Below are positions 53,508-64,000 of a stretch of DNA of 64,000 bases, piece after piece. The translations under genes were made by a program, and so were the position numbers. This DNA is from Callorhinchus milii (lineage: Eukaryota). The DNA lies in assembly GCF_018977255.1 (NCBI RefSeq), contig NW_024704743.1, positions 110,672,001 to 110,736,000 of the forward strand. The letters run 5' to 3'. Positions within the stretch are counted from its first letter, which is position 1. Every line of letters begins with the position of its first letter. Below the pieces are notes generated by a model, which saw only the letters and a program-made list of their open reading frames with translations, did not search any database and was not told where the DNA came from.

Positions 53508-53826
53508 TAATGATAATAATACTTGCATTTGTTATAGCGCTTTTCACATCGGGAGGACGTCCCAAAGCGCTTCACAGAACACACTGTAAAGTGAATTGAC
53601 TGTATATTTGTGGGCGAATGCGGCAGCCAATTGCGCACAGCAATGTCCCACAAACAGTCGTAGATTGAAAATGACCAATTTATTATTGTTTTTGGTTTTG
53701 GAGGGATTATTATTAGGCTCTGTGTGGAGTAAGGAAACTTGCCCAAGGTTTGGCCCTGCCTGGAATTGAACTCAGGTCTCTCGCTTGCAAAGCAAGTGCT
53801 CTAACCACTGAGCTACAGGACTCCAC
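53508..53826 (-). mobile_element. Full-length young tRNA-SINE nested in an older Deu-SINE (53390-53503 and 53828-54025)
   Basis: Almost identical to 901-1220, including the diagnostic ggctctgtgtggag; the older element's tail lies to the left and its body and head to the right. Confidence 0.93.
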
Positions 53827-54059
53827 TAGCAATGTCCCGCAAACTGCAATGGAGTAAATTACCCGAACAGGCAGACAGGACCACAGTTTAATGTCTCATC
53901 TGATAGACAGCACCTCGAACAATGAAACCCCTCCCCCCTCAGTACCGCATTGGAGTGTCATCTTAGACTATCTGATATAGGGCTTGAAACCACAATCTTC
54001 TGTCTCGAGGCGAGCATGCTTTGCGAGGTATCACATATAGGAAGTAAGAATAGGAAACA

Positions 54060-54765
54060 CATGTACTCTGTAAGTCAGTTAGAATTTGCCAAGGAGGAAA
54101 CTGAAAGAATCTAGAGGTGTGAGTTGACTCATCGCTCACTATGTCCTAAACAGTGCATCACAGCNAAAAAAAAGGCAAACAGGAATCTGGGCCATACTGC
54201 AAATCAGTTCAGTTTATAATACCATATCAACTTACATTTATATAATGCCTTTAATGTCGGGAGGACATTCCAAGGCAGTTTAGTTTAGATTCCCAGGTGT
54301 CATACTTGGGCTATATAGTGTTCTGATCAGACTGCACCTAAAGTATAGCATACAGTTCTGGTCAGTATGACTTAAGGGGGCTGTGGAGATTCCCTATAAG
54401 TAAAATTGGGCAAGCTGGAGTTCTTCATTATCAAAATGAGGTGTCTCATGGGGCACCTTATAGCAGAGAATAAGATTTAAATGGTATTGGGAAAGAAAAC
54501 CCAGAACCATATTTTTGAATGCACTGAAACAGCAGAACAAGAGGCACAGGTTTGTATTTGCAAAGGGCAATTTCAGGACAGACACCAGGTAGTTTTTCTT
54601 TACCCAAAGGGTAATTAACGATTGGAACAGGTTACCAGGTAGTTGAGGTCAGGATGTTGGGACTCATTTTAAAAATAAAAGCTTGGTGCTGTTGGGAGAA
54701 CGGTTGGATACTCTGGAAAGATGAGATCAAATGGCCCAAAGAGTCTTCCTCCAAACCTTTCTCTG
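54060..54765 (+). mobile_element. CR1 3' fragment (old) with an L2-type tail inserted at ~54225-54280
   Basis: LY.VLIRLHL.YSIQFW, GALIAE, TRGTGL..FRTD.R..WNRL remnants; homologous to 2975-3345. Confidence 0.8.
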
Positions 54766-56441
54766 ATCTTCTGAGTTGCTTTTTTGGACCTTTGTCTCCA
54801 CCTGGTGGGCAGCACATTCATTACTGCTCTGCTCGCTTCTGCATCGAAAATCTGAAGAAATCCAGCCCGCAGTAATAACAACAACAAAATTACATTTGTA
54901 TAGCGCCTTTCCCATCAAGTTTACATGCAGACTCCTGAATGAAAGCTGCTGTAACATTCCAGTATATTTATCCTCTGGTAATCTCAGGTTAGTGGATTAT
55001 ATTTCTAATAAAGCTATTTCTAATAATAATTCTAATAATAATAATAAAGGGCATGGAATGAACACTAAGTCTAGGTTACATAGGGTTATATAGTTAATTT
55101 GCTTAACCGCTTGAACTGGCGTATCCATAGCAACCTTTGCATGTGAGGCAAAGTATGTTTTATTAACTGCCTTCATATTAGTGATTGAAACACAATCTGA
55201 ACATTATTTAAGATTTGCCTCTTTGACTGCTTTCCTTCCCCCACCCCCCCTCAGCTCGGGTGCCCAGCTAGCTGTGCAAAGCACTTTGAGACATCCTCCC
55301 GACATTCAAGGCGCTATATAAATGTAAATTGTACTGTAATTATATTTTATTACCCACACAATGTGTAGCAAAATCAATGCAGTATATGTTAAAATGATGT
55401 ATATTTACGGTTCATTAATATGTGTTACATTTAATACTGTATTTTGTAGGTTTTGCCTGATTATTTGCTGGGGTGGGAGGAATGATCAAGTAGAAATCTC
55501 AGATTTTTCCTTTCTTGGAGAGTGGCTATCACACAAGTGTGATGTTAAAGTCACAACTCAATAAAGAGAGCTCAGTCTTTGATTAAAAATGTTATGCAGT
55601 TCACGCTTGTTGCAGCGAGAGAGGAAGGATCATAGAAAGTAAGAGATGGAAGCAGAGTTCTGCTCTCTGTATAGTCAATTCTACAGTATGTATGGAACTG
55701 TTTGTCCTTGGACACACACCAAGTTTTCCGGGAATGCACAAAAGAATGCTACAGTGGAGTCGTCATTGGGTCTAAATTAGTGGTGTCCAACTTTTTGGGT
55801 TGGCCAACAAAATAATCATAGAAATAACAGAATAGCATAGATTCATGCCATAAATCAAGAATTATTCCAACAAGAAACATAAACTTGGTATTAGTGTAAT
55901 CGTGCTATCTCAATGGACCTGGCTTTATACACTATTTGCCCCATACACTTCTTCATTACACACAATCGCATTGGCACAGATGAATCTACATGTAAAAATT
56001 CAGCAGCCATCCAAGATGCAAAGAGCTCAAAGTATATCTGATTCTTTTGGTTGAAATATAAAACTACAGCAACAACTTGCATTTATATAGCGCCCTTTAC
56101 ACAGGGTAGCATCATGGAGCGCTTAACAATAGTGGAGCTTGTTGCAGAGTCAAGGAGAGAGGGGATGTGGGCTTCGAGGTCAAAGAGGAAGGCCTTCAAC
56201 TGAAGAGGGACAAGGCAGAGTGATTGAGGCAGAGAGTACAATAAATGCACAGAAGTGTTTGAAATCTCATACAGAACTTAACCCCCGATAAATTTGGTTG
56301 TTCACTTCCTGATTGTTTGTAGGGCATTGCTCTGCGCAAATAGGCAGCCGACTTGCCTATAAAATACATAGCTTTACAGCAAATCCTGTGAAGTACTGTG
56401 AGATATCCTCTAACATGAAAGGCGCAGTATCAAATGCAAGG

Positions 56442-56828
56442 ATTTTTTGGGGTCAGCCGGGTGTCTGACACATATAAAAACCCATCACCTATGTTTAAGA
56501 GTATCCAAACCAAATTAAGAATTCCATGCATCCCACCTACACATGAAAAATGTCAGTGATGTTTGTTGGAATGCAATGTGCACTGCCTCCCTGGAGGGAC
56601 GCATTCTGCTTACCTAATTCCGGAAAGTATTAGGCGCAGGTTAGCAAGAGCCAAGGCTTGGGGATCCCAGAGTGTGTGTTGGGGTAACTGCTGGAGTCTA
56701 ACCAGATAAAACTGCATAGCTTGACATTGCATTGTCAGCACTATCTGGCAAGCTTTCCCTCTGCTTGTCCAGCTAGGACAGCCCTACCTGTTAGGACTTT
56801 GGCTTGCAGGGTTAACAGGAGCTGAGTG
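56442..56828 (-). repeat. Family X repeat, 3' part
   Basis: Reverse complement colinear with 4765-5154; ends gtcagacacccggctgaccccaaaaaa. Confidence 0.85.
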
Positions 56829-57779
56829 CTAAGAACTTAAAATGTCACTACGGGCACCTAAGTTAAATATTATATATTATTATATTATGTATCAATCCAC
56901 CATGTGACATACAGCAGGTTGTCAAATACAGTTCTGAGACTCTGGGTGGAGCAGGTGACCTTTTTTTAATATTTCTTTGGAGACTATTGCACTCATTTTA
57001 ATAAAGAATCACTTTCCCTAGGCATTGATCCATAATCTTGATAGGGAAGAGACTTGATGCATTGGAGATCAAAAGCAATCAAACACAATCACAGGTCATC
57101 TCACTTGTCAGTGTGAAATATCAATTCAACCATACAACCAAGTAAAGTCCTTTTAATATATTAATAAGACTTTTAATAGTTAATAGGTACAGACATGACT
57201 GGCTGCATGGATGCCTTCTGTGCCATAAATGTTGATGGTTCTATTGTTCTAGTTTTATTGAATATTTTCTGAATATTTCATAGTTCTTTTAATAATAATT
57301 TAATACACTAAAATCTGGACAGAGGGTGTCTGAACTTTAATCTAGAGCAGTTGGATCAAATCATGGTGTATGATCAAGAAAAGCAACATCCGACAATAAA
57401 CAACAGGTTGTCAATTATGATCAGAGTCCAGAGAAGTCTTTATTTGGGAATAGCAAATACATTGAGAGTGATTTTAAACTTTTCGAATGATGATTTTAAA
57501 ACCTATTTGTATAGTAAAAAGCACAATGACTCCATCTAGTGGCCTTTACCTCTTGTATGTGTGGTTTTGTCTCCTAAACTGAGATTATACGTTGTGAGTC
57601 CTCAAAATTAAGATTCAGTGGTGCTCAGTTGGTGCATCCTTCTCATAGTTGGCAAATATTGACTTGATATAGGTCAACAGGAACAAAGACTGGTGTGTGA
57701 AACCTTTCTGTCTTGTTTCATCCCCCAGCCGTTTTAAACAGATATTCTTCCCTCCACCCACACCATTCTGAAAGAGAGA

Positions 57780-58215
57780 AAAACATAGGAATTTAAGAAG
57801 ACAGGTACAGAAAGAAACTTAAATCGTTCAAGCCTGCTTTTCGTTAGATTTTGGCAGATGTTTTAAAACTTCAATGCCTCACCTTACCTCTAAATACCTC
57901 TCCTACCCAAGCTCTCCTATCTGTTAGTAATAGATGTTCCTGTTGATCCCTATTGATTCCACCTCTACAGATTTCTGGGGTGGAGCTTTCCATATTTTCC
58001 TAACCCCCTGTGTGAAGAAATGCTTCCTGACCTCATTTCACATTGTCTTAGCTCTGATTTTAAAGCTATGACCCCCCCCCTTGCAATGGATCCCTCTCTT
58101 AAGGGAAAGAGTCATCCACGATCTAACCTGTCAACTCCTTTCGCTACTTTTAACACCTAAATCGAATCATCCTTTAACCTAATATGCCCTAAGGAATATA
58201 ACACCAGGCTCTCAC
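57780..58215 (-). mobile_element. Old CR1 3' fragment
   Basis: Antisense CR1 signatures: aaacataggaattta, ttcaagcctgct, ctgtgtgaagaaatgcttcctgacctc, tttaacacctaaatcgaatcatcctttaac. Confidence 0.7.
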
Positions 58216-58514
58216 TGTAGCTCAGAAGAACAGTACTATGTGCAGTTACCTAATCAGAGTTGAGAAAGGGAGAAAATATAATTTTGTTAGGCACATCAAA
58301 AACGGCAGTTTGCTTTTCCTTTTTGCTATTAAAATAAAGATACCAAGATGTGTGTGGAGGGGATGGGTCTAAATTATTTATTCGATAACAATAATAAACT
58401 GCTGGATGGAGCTTTCTGTGTTTAGCACACAAGTTAGAAGGGATACTGTAACATGATATCACATGGACCATTTTAACTGAAGTATTTTGCTTGCTGAATG
58501 TAAGTGGATAGAAT

Positions 58515-58800
58515 AACAACAACGTATTTTATATTGCGCCCCTCATGCAAGGTAGCGTCCCAGAAATCTTGACAACGGTGGAGCATGACACCGAGCTGGG
58601 GGGAGGGGAGATGATCGTAGGCGCAGTCGAAGAGGAAGGTCTTCAGGTGCGACCTGAAGATGGGGAAGGAAGGGGCAAGGCGGAGGGATAGAGGAAGAGT
58701 GTTCCAGAGTTTCCGGGTGTAGGGGCTGAAAGTGCAGCCAAATGGAGGGCATGAGGGACATGCAGAAAGTTGGAGTCAATAAAGTGGAGGCAGCCGGTTG
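58515..58800 (-). mobile_element. L2 3' fragment
   Basis: (aac)n tail and antisense L2 3' region, closely similar to 61310-61590. Confidence 0.88.
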
Positions 58801-59908
58801 TGGGTTGAATCATTGAAGAATAATACAAAGTGCAAAACAAACATCCAAAGCACATTTACAGAGTTTATTGGTCACCACGAACAAATTCTGAGTAAGTGCA
58901 ACAACAATAAGGTACAATAGACTGTTAGTGTTGTTATGAAGTATTGACTAACAATTCATTGCTGGCTGCATAAATGTATTAATTAAACTACAGAGTTCTT
59001 GTGAACAACTTTTCACCACAATTTGTGAAGGCTAGCTTGAGCAAATAATCGCCTCATAAAACACTGCTTTGTGTTCACACTCAGGTAAGGTTTGAGCAGT
59101 GTAGCACCACAACAACAAAACCTGCACTTGTGCAGGACCTTTCACATAGGAGAATGCCCCAAAGAGTTTCAGATACTTAGTGGGAGCTGAGCAGAATGGG
59201 AAATAGTTGGGGTAAGAAGGAGGTGCCTGAAGGTACAGTCAAAGGGACTGTTTTAAAAGCAGAAAAGCAGAGTGCGGATGGAGGGATTTTGGGAGCAAAA
59301 TGTAGAGTGTGGTAGGAGTGCAAAGTGTAAACAGAAGTGCATGGTAGAGAATGGAGAGTCATAGTGTTTCTATTACTTTTGGTGTCTCGTATAATAAAAT
59401 GGCGATAGAAAGGGAAGTGCATCAGAGCTGAGGATGTTGGTATTCAATAGGAATAGTAAGTATGAGGAAGAGACTCCCAAATCCAGTATTAGGCAAATGC
59501 ACACTCTGGGATCTATAAACCTTGGTTCTTGCCAACTGGTACCAGCTCTAAGTAAGCAGATTATGCCCTTCTGGTGAATGGCTGTGCACTCCATACAGGA
59601 CAAAGTAGTTAAGATGCTCTTAAGCACAGCAATAGGTTTCAGTCAAATGCCCAACTGATCTTATTAATGTTTTTACTGCTCAGGTGCTCACTTCAGTTCC
59701 CTTTTTGAATAATTTAACTGGCCTCAATAGCTAATTACAATAATGAATTCTACACCCTAACAACCCTCCGAATGAGGGTTTCCATCTTAGCTGTTCGTTA
59801 ATTCTAACAGAATTAATTTGGAATATTTTGTGGCTTTGTTTTACAGGAACAACTGAATTCTCCCACCACAGATGCCATTGAACCTAGCAAGAGGGCATCA
59901 TTTTCCTA

Positions 59909-60048
59909 ATGGCTCCAATTACTGATGGACTTGTAACAGGGATCCTTGATAGTGGACAACACCAAATGATTCTCTGGGGTGTCCTGACAGTTGCCTCTGC
60001 CTTTCTCTTTTTGTCCCTCCTCACGTTTCTGTGCAGCAGCTGTGACAG
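59909..60048 (+). CDS. PAG1: PAG1/Cbp first coding exon (coding part; whole exon 59847-60048): short ectodomain, transmembrane helix, CSSC palmitoylation motif
   Basis: Manual translation from ATG 59909 gives MAPITDGLVTGILDSGQHQMILWGVLTVASAFLFLSLLTFLCSSCD+AG, matching the human PAG1 N-terminus as I recall it (..LGSGQMQITLWGSLAAVAIFFVITFLIFLCSSCDR). Acceptor tttgttttacag|G at 59846/59847; donor AG|gtaagg at 60048/60049 (phase 2). Confidence 0.95.
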
Positions 60049-60224
60049 GTAAGGCAGAATCATTTCCATTAGTGTGGTATCATTTGAGATATTGGCAAAC
60101 CAGATTTGTGCCGAGAATTGTAACTTCTGGCTTGCGGATGTCAAAAGCTATTTACACCAGAGATTCGGCAAATGTAGCTAATCACAAATGCTGAGAGGTT
60201 TCATCCTCCACGTTTCTGAGATTC

Positions 60225-60860
60225 AACAACAACTTTGATTTATATAGCGCCCTCCACGCTGGACAGCGTCTCAGAGCGCTTTACGATAACGGATCCCGGG
60301 ACCGAGCCAGGGGGAGGGGGAGGAAGGTGACCAAAGGCTCGGTCTTCAAAGATCTTCAGCAGAGACCTGAAAATGGTAAGGGAGGGAGTGAGACGAAGGG
60401 AATGAGGTAGGCAGTTCCAGAGCCTCAGGGCACAGTGGCTGAAGGCACGGCCTTCGAGGGTGGAGCGGAGGACTCGGGGGACGAGGAGGAGGCCAGACCC
60501 GGAGGAACGAAGGCAACGGGTACAGTTTTGAGGAGAGAGGAGGTCAGAGAGGTAGGGGGTGCAGAGGAGTGCAGGGACTTGAATACAAGGGTGAGGATCT
60601 TGAAATCGATCCTCTCTGGGATAGGCAACCAGTGCAGTCTGGCAAGGACTGGGGTGATCGGGGAGCGGAGTTTCGTGTGGGTGAGAATGCGGGTGGCAGA
60701 GTTTTGAATGATTTGGATTTTATGGATGGTAGTGGATGGGAGACCGGCGAGGAGAGCATTAGAGTAGTTCAGCCGAGAAGTGACAAAGGCATGGACATGG
60801 GTTTCAGCTGCTTTTGGGAAGAGGTATTCGCGGAGACGGGCGATGCGTCGGAGTGGGGGG
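60225..60860 (-). mobile_element. Relatively young L2 3' fragment in the PAG1 intron
   Basis: Minus-strand reading gives RLNYSNALLAGLP..IQNSATRIL..ITPVLARLHWLPIPERIDFKILTLVFKSLH; CpGs retained; tail gcgctatataaatcaaagttgttgttg. Confidence 0.93.
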
Positions 60861-61309
60861 GAGAATTAGGGGAATTGACGTTTAGCCATTTTGCCAGTCT
60901 TCCAAAAGCCTTCAATATTCGCAAATCCAAAGTTTCAGTAAACGCTATGTTTTACAAATATAATATATAATAATAATGTCTGCATTTGATATAGCAGCCT
61001 ATTTTGTTGTTGTGATGTCTCGAAGCGCTTCATAGCATTTACTGTAAGATATAGTGTATCTTATAGGCAGACGGAACCTCGGTTAACTTGTCATCTGGGT
61101 ATCGTATATTAGAGCCAAAACACCCTTCTTATCGCTGTGGTTACATGTTATGGGAGGTGTAAACTGAGGTGCATTAATCTATGCTGCTTTGCTGGTATCA
61201 TCCACGTTGCACTTGAAACTATAGAGCCATATCTGCTTGCTTCATTGTTGACTACTGTTGCTTGTTATTCTCTGTCCAAGTGTGGATGTTGACACTCTTG
61301 AGTGCCACA

Positions 61310-61590
61310 ACCTGCTGCGTCCGCTCTGACTGGTTCTGACCTTCTGCATGTCCCTCGTGCCCTCCGTTCCACCATTGGTAGTCATGCTTTCAGCCACTAT
61401 GCCCTAAAAATCTAGAACACCCTTCCTCTATCCCTCCGCCTTGCCGCTTCCTTCCCCATTTTCAGGTCGTGCCTCAAGAGCTTCCTGTTCGACCTCCCCT
61501 TCCCCCTGACTTGGAGTCGTGCTCTGCCACTGTCAAGTGCTCTGGGACGCTACCCTGTGTGAGAGCGCTATGTAAATGCAAGTTGTTGTT
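61310..61590 (+). mobile_element. L2 3' fragment
   Basis: cccaccattggtagtcatgctttcagccactatgccc..gcgctatgtaaatgcaagttgttgttg. Confidence 0.88.
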
Positions 61591-62649
61591 GAGTGCTCCA
61601 GATTATAGAGGAAACTGGAGCTTCCAGAGGGTGAATCCAACTTCATCAAAAAAAACTATGTTACTTGCACAAATCCACCATCTGAAGATAGAGCGTTTTT
61701 AATGTATATGGGCTGCTGTGCCCATTCCAGCTGTTACACTGATCCCAGTAGCTCCACCATCAAACCACCTGGGTGGTTTTCCTGGGAAAATGGTGTCAAG
61801 TCTTCAGCTGTTAACTCTAGAGTTTTCACCCTGAATTAAACTAGTGCAACAATGGCATTAAATTGCTTTTTCCCTCCCCTCATGCACAAAAAAATTCCCT
61901 CAACGTTTGACAGTTTCTTGATAGTCAAGACATTACAGCTGGATTTGTGTTGTCATTTAGCAACAGTTCATTTGTAACAACTACAATTTGGATCCAGTGA
62001 GTTTAGGCTGACTATCAATTTAACCTTTTCCCACCAAATTGATTTGCTATTGTGTTCCAATCTTTGACTGTCATTTGATATAAAAGAGCCTGTTTAGCGC
62101 TGAAGTGTAACTTTTTGAATGACACGAGGAATATTTCAGTAATGCACTCAAAATTAATTCATAGAACAAAATGGAACACTTCCTGACAGTTATTGCACTC
62201 TCTGTACAGCAAAAAAAAATAAGAGTCCTGGGCAATCTAAATGATAATTAACCCCTAAAAGTGCCCATTACGGTAGGTTTTACATGACCTATATTGCAGC
62301 CTCCTCCTCTTGAGAGTAAGGTATTTACTGGATTACAGGCTTTACCTGGAGAAGTCTGCTTCCAGTAATTCTACAATAATTTTTCCTTCATTCTCGGGTT
62401 GTGTTTTTTATTTGAAATGGGCAGCGAGACACATCCACCATTGATGTAGCATTTTGGTTTGGCCATATTCATTTCCAGATTGTCAACACAGGATTGTGAA
62501 AATAACAACTTGCACCTATATAGCTCCCTCCATGCAGAGTAGTGTCTCAGAGCGCTTAACAGTGCCAGAGCCTGACTCCAAGGTGGGGGGGGTGGCGCTG
62601 GTATTGTGGTTACTCAGAGCCTATTATGGGGATTGTTGGTTTAATCATA

Positions 62650-62946
62650 TAATAATAATAATCCTTGCATTTGATATAGCGCTTTTCACATCTTCTAGAC
62701 ATCTCAAAGCGCTTCACAGAATATGCTGTAAAGTGAATTGACTGTATATTTATGGGTGAAACGCGGCAGCTAATTGTGCACAGCAGTGTCCCACAAACAG
62801 TCGTGGATTGAAAATGACCAATTTATTATTGTTTTTTTTGGAGGGATTATTATTAGGCGTGTGGCGAAAGGAAACTTGCCCAAGGTTTCTCCCAGGTCTC
62901 TCGCTTGCAAGGCGAGTGCTCTAACCACTGAGCTACAGGACTCCAC
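62650..62946 (-). mobile_element. tRNA-SINE (short subfamily, B box deleted)
   Basis: Tail, body and head present; the B-box segment is missing. Confidence 0.93.
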
Positions 62947-63153
62947 AGGACATTTAACTAGGACATTTGTCTTTCATTTATGGAACACAACACACTAGAG
63001 CGTTGTATTACCATACATAAAATGCTTCTCCTGCGGGTTACCTTTATAAGGTGAAGTACTACCAAAAACCTACTGTCATGCTTGAATGTACAACAAGTGT
63101 GCACAAAGGGGCTATTTAGCTATCTAACAATTATATATTTATTTTGTTGCTAG

Positions 63154-63205
63154 ACAAATGAAGTCTCCAGAACAGAATGGGGATGACGAGAACCTGATGA
63201 GTGTG
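63154..63205 (+). CDS. PAG1: PAG1 second coding exon (52 nt)
   Basis: Acceptor attttgttgctag|A, branch-like ctaac at 63124-63128, donor GTG|gtacgt. In phase with the previous exon (AG+A=Arg), giving RQMKSPEQNGDDENLMSV versus human REKKPRQHSGDHENLMNV. The gene continues beyond the window. Confidence 0.93.
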
Positions 63206-63369
63206 GTACGTGTTCTACAATCTTGACATTCAATGACAATCCACTGTATGTGCCAAAGATCAAAGGGTGTGTTCCAATAAATTAACCACTGAGATAAATA
63301 TTGCGCTCTGTAATCTTTGCAACCCCTTTCAAGGTCCGACCATACCTCACACCCAATAAACCCAAAACC

Positions 63370-63530
63370 TTCGTCTGCGCTTTTGTGATTTTACACCTCG
63401 ACTAGTCCAATGCCCTCCTCACCGGGCTCCCCAGCTCCACTACTCACAAACTACAAATGATTCAGAACTCTGCTGCCCGCATTCTCATTCACACTAAACT
63501 CCGTATCCCCATCACACCAGTCCTCCCCAG
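63370..63530 (+). mobile_element. L2 ORF2 fragment
   Basis: HLD*SNALLTGLPSSTTHKLQMIQNSAARILIHTK..PITPVL. Confidence 0.85.
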
Positions 63531-64000
63531 GATCCACAGAGGATCAAATCTAAGGGTGGATGGCACTGTTTGTGAATATGTGCAGAAAATATGGAGTTTG
63601 GGTTGTTTTCATTGTTTGGCATACTTCAGCGTGGAGGTGTGCAGCCGGGACATTCTTCACTTCAATGGAACATTTCTATAGTAAATGCTGGGTAGCTGGT
63701 CAACATTATTGCAAGAGTATGACAGTGTTGACCTTCTGCAAATCAGGCAGTCAAGTTACTGCATTAAGAGTTTTTGCAAGCACGCAATATACAAAGTTTT
63801 ACATAGGTAGCAAATAAAATCCTGTGAAGCACTTTGAGACATCCCCTTGATACAAAAGGGGCTGTATCAAATTCAAGGAGTATTTAATTATTTATTTAAC
63901 AGTGAAAAGACCAGATCCAAACCTTGGGCTTCTGGATCTGTAAGGCTCAGTTTCACATTGAAGCAGAATTGGAGGTCTAATTTGCAATATTTCTTAACAG

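Noticed and set aside
53207..53746. Recurrent ORFs such as MGKFPYST.. and IQSIHFTVCSVKRFGTSSRR that look like a gene family
   Set aside because: They are chance translations of the same SINE consensus in many copies.
8708..54165. Single N bases at 8708, 32195 and 54165
   Set aside because: All sit beside homopolymer runs; they are assembly ambiguities, not biology.

Overview
Vertebrate (eukaryotic) genomic DNA, AT-rich and very repeat-dense. The repeat repertoire (tRNA-Ala-like SINEs with an L2-type tail, older Deu-domain SINEs, L2 and CR1 LINE fragments) points to a cartilaginous fish, probably a chimaera such as Callorhinchus milii; this is inference, not a database result. The only protein-coding signal I can support is the first two coding exons of PAG1 (Cbp) on the + strand at 59909-60048 and 63154-63205. 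They encode MAPITDGLVTGILDSGQHQMILWGVLTVASAFLFLSLLTFLCSSCDRQMKSPEQNGDDENLMSV and are absent from the supplied ORF track. The upstream ~59 kb is most simply the long 5'-UTR introns or upstream region of PAG1, with one good candidate non-coding exon at 39353-39468. Nearly all ORFs in the track are spurious or repeat-derived. Points worth follow-up: an unclassified, hairpin-rich repeat family (at least 550 bp, about 6 copies); an upstream ORF overlapping the PAG1 start; inverted L2 copies flanking the ATG exon; inverted SINE pairs; nested insertions; several local duplications and palindromes. Repeat boundaries are by-eye estimates. I found no convincing novel multi-gene system.
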